Part shown: positions 63,604 to 64,000 of the stretch, one piece after another | Numbering within the stretch: the stretch's first letter is position 1 | Layout: each line of letters begins with the position of its first letter | DNA from: Ginglymostoma cirratum | Taxonomy: Eukaryota | DNA length: 64,000 nucleotides | Assembly (NCBI GenBank): GCA_024137785.1 | Contig: JAHRHZ010000063.1 | Location: forward strand, 53,896,514 to 53,960,513 | Direction: 5' to 3' | Notes under the pieces: model-generated | What the model was told of the DNA's origin: nothing | The model's input: only the letters and a program-made list of their open reading frames with translations | Databases searched by the model: none | Position numbers and translations under genes: made by a program

Positions 63604-64000
63604 TGTTATGGACTCGACCAAACATTCTTCAAATATATCAACGAGACAGCCTAGGCCCTAACTTTTTCTTATTTAAAGGCAAATGTAAGATAGCATGTTC
63701 CAGATGTAATTTGATTGGTTACATTAGTCAGCTTTAAGCAAAACACACTGTATTCTTACTTGACAGTGAAAATACAAACAAAAGACAGCAGAATTGGAAT
63801 ACCTCAACTCTATTGGAAAACTTAACAGAATAGCAGATTATTTAAATGCTAAAGAAGCAACTGTTCCAATATACTAACATCCCACAAACACACCCTTGGC
63901 AAAGACAAATTCAGTAAAACAGATTACCTCACGTGCATTTCTGGCAGCTGGAAGAGAACCCAAGCTTTTAGCTGTAACAGAGAGAAAGACATAGGAGCTT
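63604..64000 (-). mobile_element. Probable LTR of an LTR retrotransposon, running off the window
   Basis: Abrupt compositional change starting at TG (tgttatgg), with A-rich non-coding sequence. The second end is not visible. Confidence 0.4.

Overview
Vertebrate genomic DNA, very probably from a shark (inferred from HE1-type V-SINEs, CR1/HER1-like LINEs and Deu-domain SINEs). The window is almost all intron of one + strand gene. Two short coding exons (9499-9577 and 48014-48080) splice in frame across a 38.4-kb intron into a PA14-region peptide that best matches B4GALNT4. The rest is layered mobile DNA: CR1, L2 and Tx1 LINE fragments, several SINE families, Harbinger Myb/SANT remnants, a Tigger-like MITE, a tRNA-Leu pseudogene and about 15 Penelope-like (PLE) pieces, one nearly full length with RT and GIY-YIG domains. 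The most interesting signal is in the PLE terminal repeats, which carry minimal type I hammerhead ribozyme motifs (CUGANGA-A-stem II-GAAA-CG-UH). Short copies repeatedly break at this motif and have their own target-site duplications. One insertion (44054-44505) has two tandem hammerheads 339 nt apart, a retrozyme-like layout in the sense strand of the host pre-mRNA. Repeat family names come from motif recognition, not database searches. Boundaries of old elements are approximate and ribozyme activity is untested.
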